A stretch of DNA of 62,727 nt from Polyangiales bacterium (GTDB taxonomy: Bacteria > Myxococcota_A > Polyangia > Polyangiales > Polyangiaceae): NCBI GenBank assembly GCA_038230375.1, contig JBBRNJ010000055.1, forward strand, positions 1-62,727, given 5' to 3'. Position numbers and translations under genes: made by a program. The stretch's first letter is position 1, and each line of letters begins with the position of its first letter. The notes under the pieces were generated by a model, which worked only from the letters and a program-made list of their open reading frames with translations, searched no databases and was not told where the DNA came from. Positions 1 to 11,318 of this stretch are shown piece after piece.

Positions 1-964
1 CACCGCCGGCGGACAGATCGTCCCGACCGCCGCCGAGGCGTGGGGCGCGGAGATGGTCGTCAAGGTCAAGGAGCCGCTCCCGTCGGAGTACGGCTTCTTC
101 CGCGAGAACCTGATCCTCTACACGTATCTCCACCTCGCCCCCGAGCCGGAGCTCACGAAGCAGCTCGCCGCGAAGAAGGTGATCGGCGTCGCGTACGAGA
201 CGATCGAGAACGACGACGGCAGCCTTCCCCTCCTCCGCCCCATGAGCGAGGTCGCCGGCAAGATGGCGGTGCAGGTCGGCGCGAGCGTCCTGCAGAAGGA
301 GCACGGCGGCAAGGGCGTCCTCCTCGGCGGCGTGCCGGGCACGCGTCGCGGTCGCGTCGTCATCCTCGGCGGCGGCGTCGTCGGCCGTAACGCGGCGACC
401 ATCGCGGTCGGCATGGGCGCGCAGGTCACCGTGCTCGATCTCCAGGCCACCACCATGGCGTACCTGGAAGACATCTTCGGCGGTGCGATCGAGACGCTGT
501 ACTCGAACCCCACCAACATCGAGCAAATGGTCACCCGCGCGGACCTCGTCATCGGGGCGGTGCTCGTCACCGGTGCGCGCGCACCCAAGCTCGTCACCAA
601 GGAGCTCATCTCCCGCATGGAGCCGGGCAGCGTCGTCGTCGACGTCGCGGTCGATCAAGGCGGCTGCATCGAGACGTGTCGCCCCACCACGCACGACAAC
701 CCCACGTTCGAAGTGGAAGGCGTGGTCCACTACTGCGTCGCCAACATGCCCGGCGCGGTCGCGCAGACCAGCACCTGGGCGCTCACCAACACGACGATCT
801 CGTACGCGATCAAGATGGCGGAGCTGGGCTTTGTCGGCGCCGCGAAGGCGGACCGCGCGCTCTACAAGGGCGTGAACCTCTACGCGGGCCAGATCACGTG
901 CGAGCCCGTCGCGCAGGCGCACAAGCTCGAGTACGTGCCGCTCTCCAAGCTGATCGGCGCCTGA
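1..964 (+). CDS. ald: Alanine dehydrogenase (5' end outside window)
   Basis: [27 protein letters not shown] (NAD-binding), DVAVDQGGC and YCVANMPG motifs; frame open from window edge. Confidence 0.95.
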   Translation, partial: TAGGQIVPTAAEAWGAEMVVKVKEPLPSEYGFFRENLILYTYLHLAPEPELTKQLAAKKVIGVAYETIENDDGSLPLLRPMSEVAGKMAVQVGASVLQKEHGGKGVLLGGVPGTRRGRVVILGGGVVGRNAATIAVGMGAQVTVLDLQATTMAYLEDIFGGAIETLYSNPTNIEQMVTRADLVIGAVLVTGARAPKLVTKELISRMEPGSVVVDVAVDQGGCIETCRPTTHDNPTFEVEGVVHYCVANMPGAVAQTSTWALTNTTISYAIKMAELGFVGAAKADRALYKGVNLYAGQITCEPVAQAHKLEYVPLSKLIGA

Positions 965-968
965 GCTT

Positions 969-1736
969 GTGATCGCGCAGAGCCTCCTCACGGACGTCGA
1001 GCTGCTCTGCCTCGACGCAGGGAACACGGTGATCTTCCTGGATCACGCGCGCGTGGCGGAGCTGTGCACCGAGCACGGGTTCTCCGTCACGGAGGAGACG
1101 CTGATCGCGTCCGAGGGTGAGGCAAAGCGCCGCGCCCAGGACGACACCATGATCGACGCGACGTGGAAGAACCGCCAGCGGCCGGGCGCCAGTGGATGGG
1201 GCCGCATGGTGGGGACCATGCTCTTCTGCGCCGGCGCCGAGGCGCGCTCGCTCGGTGAGCTCCTGGGCGTGCTCTGGACGGAGCACTGCGAGCTGAACCT
1301 CTGGCGCAACGTACCCACTGGCTTCTCCGGTGCAGCGGCCGCGTGGAAGCAGACGGGCGGAAAGGTCATCGTCGTCTCGAACTCGGAGGGCATGCTCGCG
1401 AAGCTGTTCGCGCGGCTCGGCATCGCTGGCGCGTTCGATCACGTCGTGGACAGCGGGCTCGTTGGCATCGAGAAGCCAGACCCGCGCATCTTCGACATCG
1501 CGCGTGAGAAGGCCGGCGGAGTCGCGAAGGAGCGCACGCTGCATCTCGGCGACATGTTCAGCACGGACATCCTGGGCGCGCGCGCCGCGGGCATCCGTCA
1601 TGCCCTCATCGACCCTTACAATCACTACCAGCACCGCCACGCCGACGTTCCGCGCGTGCCGGGCGCGGTGGAGGTCATGGTCGCCCTGACCCTCCTTCGG
1701 CAGAGCCTGGCAGATGCGGGCAATGCGAAGTCATAG
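969..1736 (+). CDS. HAD-superfamily hydrolase
   Basis: Motif [23 protein letters not shown]...DILGA. Confidence 0.88.
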   Translation: MIAQSLLTDVELLCLDAGNTVIFLDHARVAELCTEHGFSVTEETLIASEGEAKRRAQDDTMIDATWKNRQRPGASGWGRMVGTMLFCAGAEARSLGELLGVLWTEHCELNLWRNVPTGFSGAAAAWKQTGGKVIVVSNSEGMLAKLFARLGIAGAFDHVVDSGLVGIEKPDPRIFDIAREKAGGVAKERTLHLGDMFSTDILGARAAGIRHALIDPYNHYQHRHADVPRVPGAVEVMVALTLLRQSLADAGNAKS

Positions 1737-3242
1737 CTAGAACGTCCCGCCAATGCCCTGCAGGGTTGGAACGATCTGGATCTTGCCGGAGGTGCGAGAG
1801 GCCCCCCCGTAGTCGATGGTCATGGTCTCTTTTCCACCCACGTTCAGCACGGTCAACACCAGGCCCGTAATGAGTGTAGCGCCGCCGATGGCGATCGGCG
1901 CGGCGCCGAACGCCCATCCAGTGAAGTTCAAGTCCTGAGACTTCGCCCCGGTGAAGGGCAGGTTGTTGCCCGAATTCTGCGGCGTGCCGTAGCACTTCCT
2001 GCCCTTGTCAGTTGTCTTGATCGGCGTGCCACCAGTCGCACCGTCGTAGGAGCAATCCCAGCCTCCCAGATCGAACGCCAGAAAGAACGCCCCGACCGCC
2101 GCGAGAGCGACGCCGCCGGCACCAATGAACAGCCCGGTTGGGCTGAAGGCTTCCCGCCGCGCGAGCCGCGCCTCGATTGATGAGGGGGACGGGTCGGCAA
2201 GCTTCGCCGTCACCATCTTGCTGCCGCCTGCCTTGGCCCATATGACGCCGAATCCGTTGTCCTTCGTCGGCACCTTCGCGGTACACGGAAAGTCGGTACA
2301 AACAATCTTGCCGTCGCCGTCGCGCAACTCGAACTTGTCGGCGGTCGAAGCGAACTCCGGCCTGGAAAACTTCACGTTCACCAGCGGCACGTTCTCGACT
2401 TCCAGCTTTGGCGAGAGCTCGAGGGTCTTCCCCGCTTCGATCGTCAGTCGTTCCTCGACACCAATGCAGCGCCTGCCCCGAATGCGGACGCGGTGAGCCC
2501 CAGGGGTCAGATCGAAGTCGACCCACTCCGGGTCCTTCATGACGCGCTCGTGGCTCGCTTCGTCGTACTTCAATGATGCGGTCATCTCGCTCTGCGGCTT
2601 CAGCGCGAGATCGTGGCTGTCCAGGATCTCTTCGACAACGAGGCCTCCGCTGCCGGCAATGATCTTCCCGTCAGCGCCGCATGTAGCGCGGACGCGGACG
2701 CGCCCCGTGGCCGGCGGCGCTGCGGCGGGCGGCGTTTTTCCCTCGGACGCTGGTGCGCCACCGAGCGTGACGCGAACGAGCTGGTCCTTCTTTCCCTCGA
2801 GCACGAGGGTGGTGCGCTCGGTCTTTGGCACGGTCGCGCCTTGAAACGTGAAGATGTGTGAGCCCGGATCGATGTCCATGCCGCGCCCATCCAGTTTCGT
2901 CGCGACCTGGGTACCGTCGATCCAGGCGTTCACGGCCATGACTTCGTTGCCGCTCGAGTCCACGACGGAGAGGACCACGGACGGGATTGCAGCCTCCGTC
3001 TGCGCGAGCCAATCCGTGCAGTCCTTCACGATCCCGCCGCTCATGAATGGGGCGCACTGGGCGCGACTGCACGAGCGAAGCTGCGACCGTGCGGCGATCA
3101 ACTTGTGCTGGCTTCGGAGCGTCTGCGCGTCGGTGTACGACCGCACGCACGTCGTCTTGTCGTCCTCTGCGTTCGCTCTGCCCGCCCAGGTCGTCATCGC
3201 AATGAGCACCGCGGGTGCCATCCACAATCGCTGCTTCTTCAT
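1737..3242 (-). CDS. Exported PEGA-like domain protein, probably envelope/outer-membrane associated
   Basis: Signal peptide ending ANA-; Cys-containing helical N-domain; PEGA-like segments (IDPGSHIFTF, LTPGAHRVRI); hydrophobic C-terminal segments; terminal GGTF. Start 3242 chosen from the ATGA overlap with the kinase stop. Confidence 0.65.
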   Translation of the reverse strand: MKKQRLWMAPAVLIAMTTWAGRANAEDDKTTCVRSYTDAQTLRSQHKLIAARSQLRSCSRAQCAPFMSGGIVKDCTDWLAQTEAAIPSVVLSVVDSSGNEVMAVNAWIDGTQVATKLDGRGMDIDPGSHIFTFQGATVPKTERTTLVLEGKKDQLVRVTLGGAPASEGKTPPAAAPPATGRVRVRATCGADGKIIAGSGGLVVEEILDSHDLALKPQSEMTASLKYDEASHERVMKDPEWVDFDLTPGAHRVRIRGRRCIGVEERLTIEAGKTLELSPKLEVENVPLVNVKFSRPEFASTADKFELRDGDGKIVCTDFPCTAKVPTKDNGFGVIWAKAGGSKMVTAKLADPSPSSIEARLARREAFSPTGLFIGAGGVALAAVGAFFLAFDLGGWDCSYDGATGGTPIKTTDKGRKCYGTPQNSGNNLPFTGAKSQDLNFTGWAFGAAPIAIGGATLITGLVLTVLNVGGKETMTIDYGGASRTSGKIQIVPTLQGIGGTF

Positions 3243-4750
3243 AGGCATTCTGGTCTGGGAATCTTTCGACCGTCTGGATCCAACGTGAACGGCGTCGTGC
3301 AATTGGCTGCAGCAGGCTTGGGCGGAGCCGGCTTCGTCGGAGCGACTGAATTGCTGGCAGGGCCGGCTGGGGTCGTCGACTTCGGCGGCAAGCGAGTCGT
3401 GATCGGCGGCGACGCTGGGTGATCGCCGGGCGCGGGCTTGTCCACTGCAACGGTCAGCGCACCAGCGTCACCATCTGTCTTCGACGGTTGCGCGGATTGG
3501 ATGGGGAGCGCAACTGCCGAGCCGGTCGTCTGGGCGCTTGCGAACGGCGGCGAGCTGTCTCCGACGTCGCTTCCGAGCGCCGTGTTATGACCCTGGCGAT
3601 AGCTGTACGCAGCGAAGGCCGCCGCGCCCATCAAGCCGACGAAGGTCACGGTGATCGGGGCTATCCACACGATGCGCGAGAGAGCGCGGGGCTTCTCCTG
3701 CGTGCGTGGGTCCCTTCCCGTCGAGGCCCACGGATCCGCCGTCTGACCGCCGGCGGCGATCACGGGTGCCGAGACCACGGCGGACTGTGACATGGGTGAC
3801 GGGGCAGAAGCTTTCGGCAACGAGACCGCCGCCCTTACCCCGCTCACGGTCGAGATTCGATCAACGAGCGGGAGCGTGCGCGGAGGACAAAACGGAGCAA
3901 GTGCGATCGCGATCTCGGCGACATGCTGGCACCGAGCTTCAAGCGCTTTCTCGAGACAGCGGGTCACGAGCGCATACACTTGCTCGGGCAAGTCTGCGCG
4001 AACTTGCTGGAGCGGGCGCGGCGAATCGATCATGATTTGAGATAGGAGCCCACCCATCGTGTCCGAGTTGAACGGGACAGCACCCGCGAGCAGCTGGTAC
4101 ATGATCACGCCGAGCGACCAAACATCCGTTCGGGCATCGACGTCCTTCGACGAGCGAATCTGCTCGGGCGACATGTAGAGCGGCGATCCCATCATCGACG
4201 CCGTCTTCGTGAGCTCCGCGCCGCCCTCACTCAAGGGACTGGCCTTCGAAATCCCGAAATCCAGAACCTTGACGATCGGAGAGCCGTCAGCTCGTCGCGC
4301 CAAGAAGAGGTTCGCGGGTTTCAGATCGCGGTGAACGATTCCGAGCGCATGCGCCTCCGCGAGGGCATCGCACGCTTGGATGACGTACTCGGCGACGTCG
4401 GCGATGGAAAGCGAGCCATGCCGTTCAAGCTCGCCCGCGAGATCGCTTCCATCGAGGAACTCCATCACGATGTACGGCGATCCGTTATCGAAGGTTCCCG
4501 TATCGCTGACGCGCGCGACGTGCTCGCTCTTCAACTTCACCACGGCGCGTGCCTCGCGCTGGAACCGCGCAAGCGCATCTTGGTTCGCGAACGCCTCGCG
4601 CAGCATGAACTTCAGTGCGACCTTTTGATCCAGCTGGAGGTGTGTGGCCGCGACAACGACGCCCATCCCGCCGACGCCAAGGACACGATCGACGCGATAC
4701 TTCTGGGCGAGGATTTCCCCGACCTTTACCGGCGCCTCGTCCCCCTGCAT
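3239..4750 (-). CDS. Membrane-anchored Hanks-type Ser/Thr protein kinase
   Basis: LGVGGMGVV, VALK, HRDLKPAN, DFG, GSPLYMSPEQ; one TM helix; Pro-rich tail ending CTTPFTLDPDGRKIPRPECL. Confidence 0.95.
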   Translation of the reverse strand: MQGDEAPVKVGEILAQKYRVDRVLGVGGMGVVVAATHLQLDQKVALKFMLREAFANQDALARFQREARAVVKLKSEHVARVSDTGTFDNGSPYIVMEFLDGSDLAGELERHGSLSIADVAEYVIQACDALAEAHALGIVHRDLKPANLFLARRADGSPIVKVLDFGISKASPLSEGGAELTKTASMMGSPLYMSPEQIRSSKDVDARTDVWSLGVIMYQLLAGAVPFNSDTMGGLLSQIMIDSPRPLQQVRADLPEQVYALVTRCLEKALEARCQHVAEIAIALAPFCPPRTLPLVDRISTVSGVRAAVSLPKASAPSPMSQSAVVSAPVIAAGGQTADPWASTGRDPRTQEKPRALSRIVWIAPITVTFVGLMGAAAFAAYSYRQGHNTALGSDVGDSSPPFASAQTTGSAVALPIQSAQPSKTDGDAGALTVAVDKPAPGDHPASPPITTRLPPKSTTPAGPASNSVAPTKPAPPKPAAANCTTPFTLDPDGRKIPRPECL

Positions 4751-4928
4751 CCCGCGCAGCTTCTCAAAAAATCATAGGCCTGGCAAGGGCCGGTCGACGC
4801 TGTCCTGCGGTGTAGTTCGCCGCTTGAGGACCGAGATGCGATATGACTTCCCGCCTTGATGTCGGGCTGTGTGTTCGGCAACCGACGTGTTTGTCTGCCC
4901 CAAAGTTGCAAGTCGAGAGAGGCTGCTC

Positions 4929-6008
4929 ATGCTCATCGCGCTCATCCCCGGAGATGGAATCGGCAAGGACGTCACGCGCGAGGGGCGCCGCTTGCTCGAG
5001 CTGTACAAGGCGGAGAAAGGGCTCCCGTTCGATCTGTGGGAGCTCGATCTGGGCGCCGACCGCTTCTTGAAAGATGGCACCACGTTCCCGAAAGAGATCG
5101 CGGACCGCATCAAGAACGAGGCGCGTGCAGTGCTCCTTGGTGCGCTCGGCGATCCGCGTGTGCCCGGCCTGGAGCACGCGCGCGACATCCTCTTCGGCCT
5201 GCGCTTCGGGCTCGATCTCTACGCAAATGTCCGGCCGATCAAGGCTCTTTCGGATCGACTCGTGCCCATCAAGGGCAAGGGGAAGAAGGACGTGGACCTG
5301 GTCGTGTTCCGCGAGAACACCGAGGGCATCTACGTAGGCATGGGAGGACAGTTCAAGCGCGGCACACCGGACGAGATCGCGATCAACGAGGACGTGAACA
5401 CGCGCAAGGGCGTGGAGCGCCTCATCCGCGCCGGCTTCGAGTACGCGAAGGCCCACGGCAAGAAGCGCGTGCACATGGCGGACAAGTCGAACGCGATGAA
5501 GCACGCGCACGAGCTCTGGTACCGCTGCTTCTTCGAGGTCGCAAAGGAGTACCCCGGCATCGAGGCGAAGCACGTCTACGTGGACGCGCTCTGCCTCTAC
5601 CTGATCCAGGACCCCACGCAGTTCGACGTCATCGTCACCTGCAACCTGTTCGGCGACATCGTCACGGACCTTGGCGCGGCGCTGCAGGGCGGCCTGGGCA
5701 TGGCGGCGAGCGCGAACTTGTTCGCTGCAGACGGCGAGCGCGTCGCCATGTTCGAGCCCGTGCACGGCTCCGCACCGCCGCTCGCAGGAAAAGATCTCGC
5801 GAACCCGATCGCCACGTTCCTCACCGTCGGAATGATGATGAGCTATCTGGGCTACGAAGAAGAAGAGGCGCGTATCGAGGGAGCCTGCGCCCGGGCCATC
5901 GACACCATGAAGTGCACGCGAGACGTAGGCGGCGAGCTAGGAACCCGCGCCGTCGCGGACGCCATCCTCGCGGACCTGAAAGACGAGCTCCGGTCCCTCA
6001 CCCGCTAG
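4929..6008 (+). CDS. Isocitrate/isopropylmalate dehydrogenase family protein (LeuB/tartrate dehydrogenase-like)
   Basis: IPGDGIG, RENTEG, DKSN, NLFGDI, FEPVHGSAP; substrate not resolvable by eye. Confidence 0.88.
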   Translation: MLIALIPGDGIGKDVTREGRRLLELYKAEKGLPFDLWELDLGADRFLKDGTTFPKEIADRIKNEARAVLLGALGDPRVPGLEHARDILFGLRFGLDLYANVRPIKALSDRLVPIKGKGKKDVDLVVFRENTEGIYVGMGGQFKRGTPDEIAINEDVNTRKGVERLIRAGFEYAKAHGKKRVHMADKSNAMKHAHELWYRCFFEVAKEYPGIEAKHVYVDALCLYLIQDPTQFDVIVTCNLFGDIVTDLGAALQGGLGMAASANLFAADGERVAMFEPVHGSAPPLAGKDLANPIATFLTVGMMMSYLGYEEEEARIEGACARAIDTMKCTRDVGGELGTRAVADAILADLKDELRSLTR

Positions 6009-6301
6009 CCAGCGGGCGCTCTGGGTGGGGATGTCGTTGGTTGTGGGAGTTATTTTCGAGGAGGGGCCAAAGTTCCAAACCATTGGGGGTCCATGGTTCG
6101 TCTACCCCCCCGCGTGGTGCTGCAGCGGAGGTGTCTCCGCTGGGTGGGGTCGATTTTCGGAACTTTCTGGAGGCCTTGCTGTCGGTCCCATCCGGCGGCC
6201 TGGAAAGGCCTGACGTTTGTGCGATGCTAGCTGTCTGGTGCTCGGGCGGGAAGCTGGCAGCCCCCTCGGGCGTACGTAGAAAGGTTGGAGGAAGCGGTCG
6301 C

Positions 6302-6826
6302 ATGCGGATGAAGGTGTTCAACTTCGTAGTGCTTGGTGCGGTGGCGGCCCTGTGGGTTGCCAGCAGCACGCAGCGCGAGAAGCCCGTCATCTCCGAGGTG
6401 CACGCTGACGCCGTTCGCTCGCTCGAGCAGAACGTCTCCGACAACCCCGAGGACGCAGAGGCGGTCTCCAAGCTCGCGCAGGGGTACCTGGATGCGCACT
6501 CGCCCGGCCTCGCCATTGGCGTCATCGTGAACGCCCCTCCGCCTGTTCGCGCGCAACCCGGGGTCATGCACCTGTACGCCCGCGCCATGCTCGAAGAAGG
6601 GCGCTCGCAGGACGCGCTCGTCATGGAGAAGCGCGTCCTCGACCGCTGCGCCGAGGGCGCGCCCATCAAGCCTTGTTCCTCCTACCTGATCGCATCCGCC
6701 ACTCGCCGCGTGGACATCCTCACCGAGCTTCAGAAGCTCGGCGTGGAAGACGCGCAGGCTCATCCCGAACAGAGCGAAATCGCCTACCACAACGCCACGC
6801 GCGATGTGGGCCTTGCGATTCGCTGA
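6302..6826 (+). CDS. Membrane-anchored helical (TPR-like) hypothetical protein
   Basis: GGAGG upstream; N-terminal hydrophobic segment; NPEDAEAVSKLAQGYL TPR-like helices. Confidence 0.6.
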   Translation: MRMKVFNFVVLGAVAALWVASSTQREKPVISEVHADAVRSLEQNVSDNPEDAEAVSKLAQGYLDAHSPGLAIGVIVNAPPPVRAQPGVMHLYARAMLEEGRSQDALVMEKRVLDRCAEGAPIKPCSSYLIASATRRVDILTELQKLGVEDAQAHPEQSEIAYHNATRDVGLAIR

Positions 6827-6902
6827 CGAGAGCCTGCCACGCAACCCACGAACCGCCTCCGCTCGCGCAGCATCACCCGCGGTCGCTGATCTCAGGAGTC
6901 AC

Positions 6903-7799
6903 TTGCAACAACGGACTGCTCTCGCGCTCGCCTGCGTGTTCGCCCTTGTGTCGAATGCATGTATGTTGCACTCAGACAAGCAGCCGCTACAGCGGCCTGC
7001 ATCTGCGGTGGAGCCCGGCGTGGAGCCTGGTGCAAAAGCTCAAGGCCAGCAGGCCGCCACACCCAAGGGTCGGCCCTCGGGTGAGGACCCCGTCTCGCGC
7101 AGCCGCTATTTCTCCCCTCCGTTCGCGCTCGCCGTGGCGGAGGACGCGATCGTGCGTATCGTCGGCCCGGAGGCCACGTGCACCGGCACCCTCATCGAAG
7201 ACGACCTGATCCTGACCGCGCACCACTGCGTCGTGGAGCGCACCGCCCAGGGCAACTTCACCACGCAGTCGCTTGCACCGAGCAAGCTCCGCATAGAGCT
7301 GGGCGGCGACTACCTGGCGTGGGGTCACGTGGGCGTGAAGTACGTCGTGGCTCCGCCGTGCGGCGAATCGGGCGGCGCGGGCGATGTCGCCGTGCTCGTG
7401 CTCACCCGCAAGCTCGTGGGCCTGTCGACCATGACCGCGCGTCTCGACACCGCGCCGAAGATCGGCGAGACGATCGACACGGTGGGCTTCGGCCGCTGCG
7501 CCTCGAGCGATGGCATTCGCCGCCACACGCGCGAAGGCGGACCCATCCGCGCCACCACGAGCGAGGCTGTCGTCGTGAACGCGTCGATCTGCCCCGGCGA
7601 TTCGGGCGGTCCCGCGATCATCCGCGGCTCGAAGGAGATCATCGGCGTGGTGAGCATGAGCGCCATGGACGGCGACGAGCGCACGAAGGCGCCCAGCGTC
7701 ATGGCCCGCATCGACGCGTTCCGCTCCGTGTTCGCCAATGCCCGCCTCATGGCGGACGGGCTCAGCCCTGCCGAGTTGCCGCCTCTCGAGTGCAAATAG
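6903..7799 (+). CDS. Trypsin-like (S1) serine protease, probable lipoprotein
   Basis: CTGTLI, LTAHHC (His), DVAVL (Asp), GDSGGP (Ser); AGGAG at 6894 before TTG at 6903 gives a signal peptide ending SNAC. Confidence 0.85.
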   Translation: MQQRTALALACVFALVSNACMLHSDKQPLQRPASAVEPGVEPGAKAQGQQAATPKGRPSGEDPVSRSRYFSPPFALAVAEDAIVRIVGPEATCTGTLIEDDLILTAHHCVVERTAQGNFTTQSLAPSKLRIELGGDYLAWGHVGVKYVVAPPCGESGGAGDVAVLVLTRKLVGLSTMTARLDTAPKIGETIDTVGFGRCASSDGIRRHTREGGPIRATTSEAVVVNASICPGDSGGPAIIRGSKEIIGVVSMSAMDGDERTKAPSVMARIDAFRSVFANARLMADGLSPAELPPLECK

Positions 7800-7919
7800 G
7801 CGAGCCGATCCGTGTCATTCGGACACACTGACGTTCTGGGTAGAACCTAGTTAAGAATGCCTTCCAGGTTTCCGTACTGGATGAAAGGCAGGTAAGGTTC
7901 CACCTCGAAGGTCAAAGCC

Positions 7920-9812
<1,893 letters not shown>

Positions 9813-9823
9813 CCCATCTCCAC

Positions 9824-9847
9824 GTGCCCGTGCCCGTGCCCGTGCCC
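9824..9847. repeat. (GTGCCC)x4 tandem repeat between convergent glmS and MCP genes
   Basis: Four perfect hexamer copies read directly. Confidence 0.9.
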
Positions 9848-9852
9848 GATCG

Positions 9853-11298
9853 CTACGACCTCAGCTTGTCCACGATTCCGCTCGCCCTGCGGACCGCGGC
9901 GTCCTGCGTGCGCATGTTCTCCAGCGCCTTCGTGGCCGCTGCGGAGGCGATCTTCGTGGCGTCTGCTTGCAGCTTCTGGCTCTGACCCAGCGCCGTCACC
10001 ATGACGCTCACGGCCTCGAGGGTGGTGGTCAGCTTGTGACCGCCGCGCGCCTGCTCCTGTGAGCTCTTCTCCACGTGCTGCGTGATGAGCCGGATCTTCT
10101 CCGCGCTCTTCATGATGAGCTCGGAGCCGCGTGCCTGCTGCGCAGTGGCGGCGGCGATCTGCTGCACCGTCTCCGCGATGCGGCCGATGGCGTCCGTGAC
10201 CTGCTTGCTTCCCTTGGCCTGCTCCACCGTGGCGCGTGCAATGGCGCGCACCATGTTCGTGGACTTCGTGCTGCTCTCGAGGATCTTCTTCAGCGCGCGC
10301 TCGGCCTCGTTCGAGACCTCCACGCCGCGGTCGACGTTCTGCGCGCCGCGCTGCACGGCGGTGATCGCGCCCTTGGACTCCGCCTGGACCTTCTTGATGA
10401 GGTCCGTGATCTCGCGCGTGCTCGCGCCTGCGCGCTCTGCCAGATCCTTGATCTCGTCGGCCACGACGGCGAAGCCCTTGCCCTGCTCACCAGCCTGCGC
10501 GGCGATGATGGCGGCGTTGAGCGCGAGCAGGTTCGTCTGCTCCGCGACGTCGTCGATGACGTTCACGATCTGGCTGATTTCCTCGATGCGCGAGCCCAGG
10601 TTGCTGATGACCTGCACGGCCTCGTGCGAGCTCTCCTTGATGCGGTAGATCTCGCTGATGGTCTTCAGGATGGCCTCGGCGCCCTTCTCGGCGTCCAGGG
10701 ACACTTCCTCGGAGAGGCGCGCGGTCTCGTTCGCGTTGGACTGCACCTGGTCGATAGACACGTCCATCTCGTTCATCGACGAGCTGGTCTCTTCCGCCGT
10801 CAGCGAGAGCGCGTCGACGTTGCGCGCGACCTCGCGCATGGAATGGGTCATCTCCTCGATGGAGCCCACCGTCTCGCGAACGCTGCCGCCGAGCTCGCCG
10901 GCGTGATCAGACACCTCGTTGGAGGATGCGCCCAGCTCACTCGCCTGCGAGCTGGACTCCGAGGTGTTGGTCGCAAGCAGGTTCAGCTGGGTGACCGCCG
11001 CGGCGAACGCCAGCGACAGCTCCTTCATCGCGCGCGAGGCCTCTTCTGCGGCAGCGGTCTGCGTCCCGAGCCCCTCCGCGATGGTCGCAAGGTGCGTGTC
11101 GAGCGCGGCCCGCGCCTCCTCGACGCGCTTCTTGGTGGCGATGGGATCGCCGACCCCGCCGAAGATGACGAAGCATGCGCCGATCAGGATCGGGGCAAGG
11201 ACGGTGAGCGCGTACTCCTTGTTGACCGAGATCGCGATGTACGCGCCCACGAAAACAAGGACGATGCCGAAAAGGGCGAAGATCGAGCGGGGCTGCAT
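9853..11298 (-). CDS. Methyl-accepting chemotaxis protein without a periplasmic sensor domain
   Basis: QTNLLALNAAIIAAQAGEQGKGFAVVADEIKDLA hairpin-tip motif; two adjacent N-terminal TM helices. Confidence 0.92.
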   Translation of the reverse strand: MQPRSIFALFGIVLVFVGAYIAISVNKEYALTVLAPILIGACFVIFGGVGDPIATKKRVEEARAALDTHLATIAEGLGTQTAAAEEASRAMKELSLAFAAAVTQLNLLATNTSESSSQASELGASSNEVSDHAGELGGSVRETVGSIEEMTHSMREVARNVDALSLTAEETSSSMNEMDVSIDQVQSNANETARLSEEVSLDAEKGAEAILKTISEIYRIKESSHEAVQVISNLGSRIEEISQIVNVIDDVAEQTNLLALNAAIIAAQAGEQGKGFAVVADEIKDLAERAGASTREITDLIKKVQAESKGAITAVQRGAQNVDRGVEVSNEAERALKKILESSTKSTNMVRAIARATVEQAKGSKQVTDAIGRIAETVQQIAAATAQQARGSELIMKSAEKIRLITQHVEKSSQEQARGGHKLTTTLEAVSVMVTALGQSQKLQADATKIASAAATKALENMRTQDAAVRRASGIVDKLRS

Positions 11299-11318
11299 GA
11301 ACGACGCAGAGAGTACGT

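Noticed and set aside
1737..4750. Kinase/PEGA pair looks slightly less GC-biased, hinting at horizontal acquisition
   Set aside because: Impression only, not computed; no integrase, tRNA or flanking repeats
4856..6826. 656-aa ORF spanning the dehydrogenase and the next gene
   Set aside because: Only the part from 6302 looks protein-like and has an RBS; the rest overlaps the dehydrogenase in another frame
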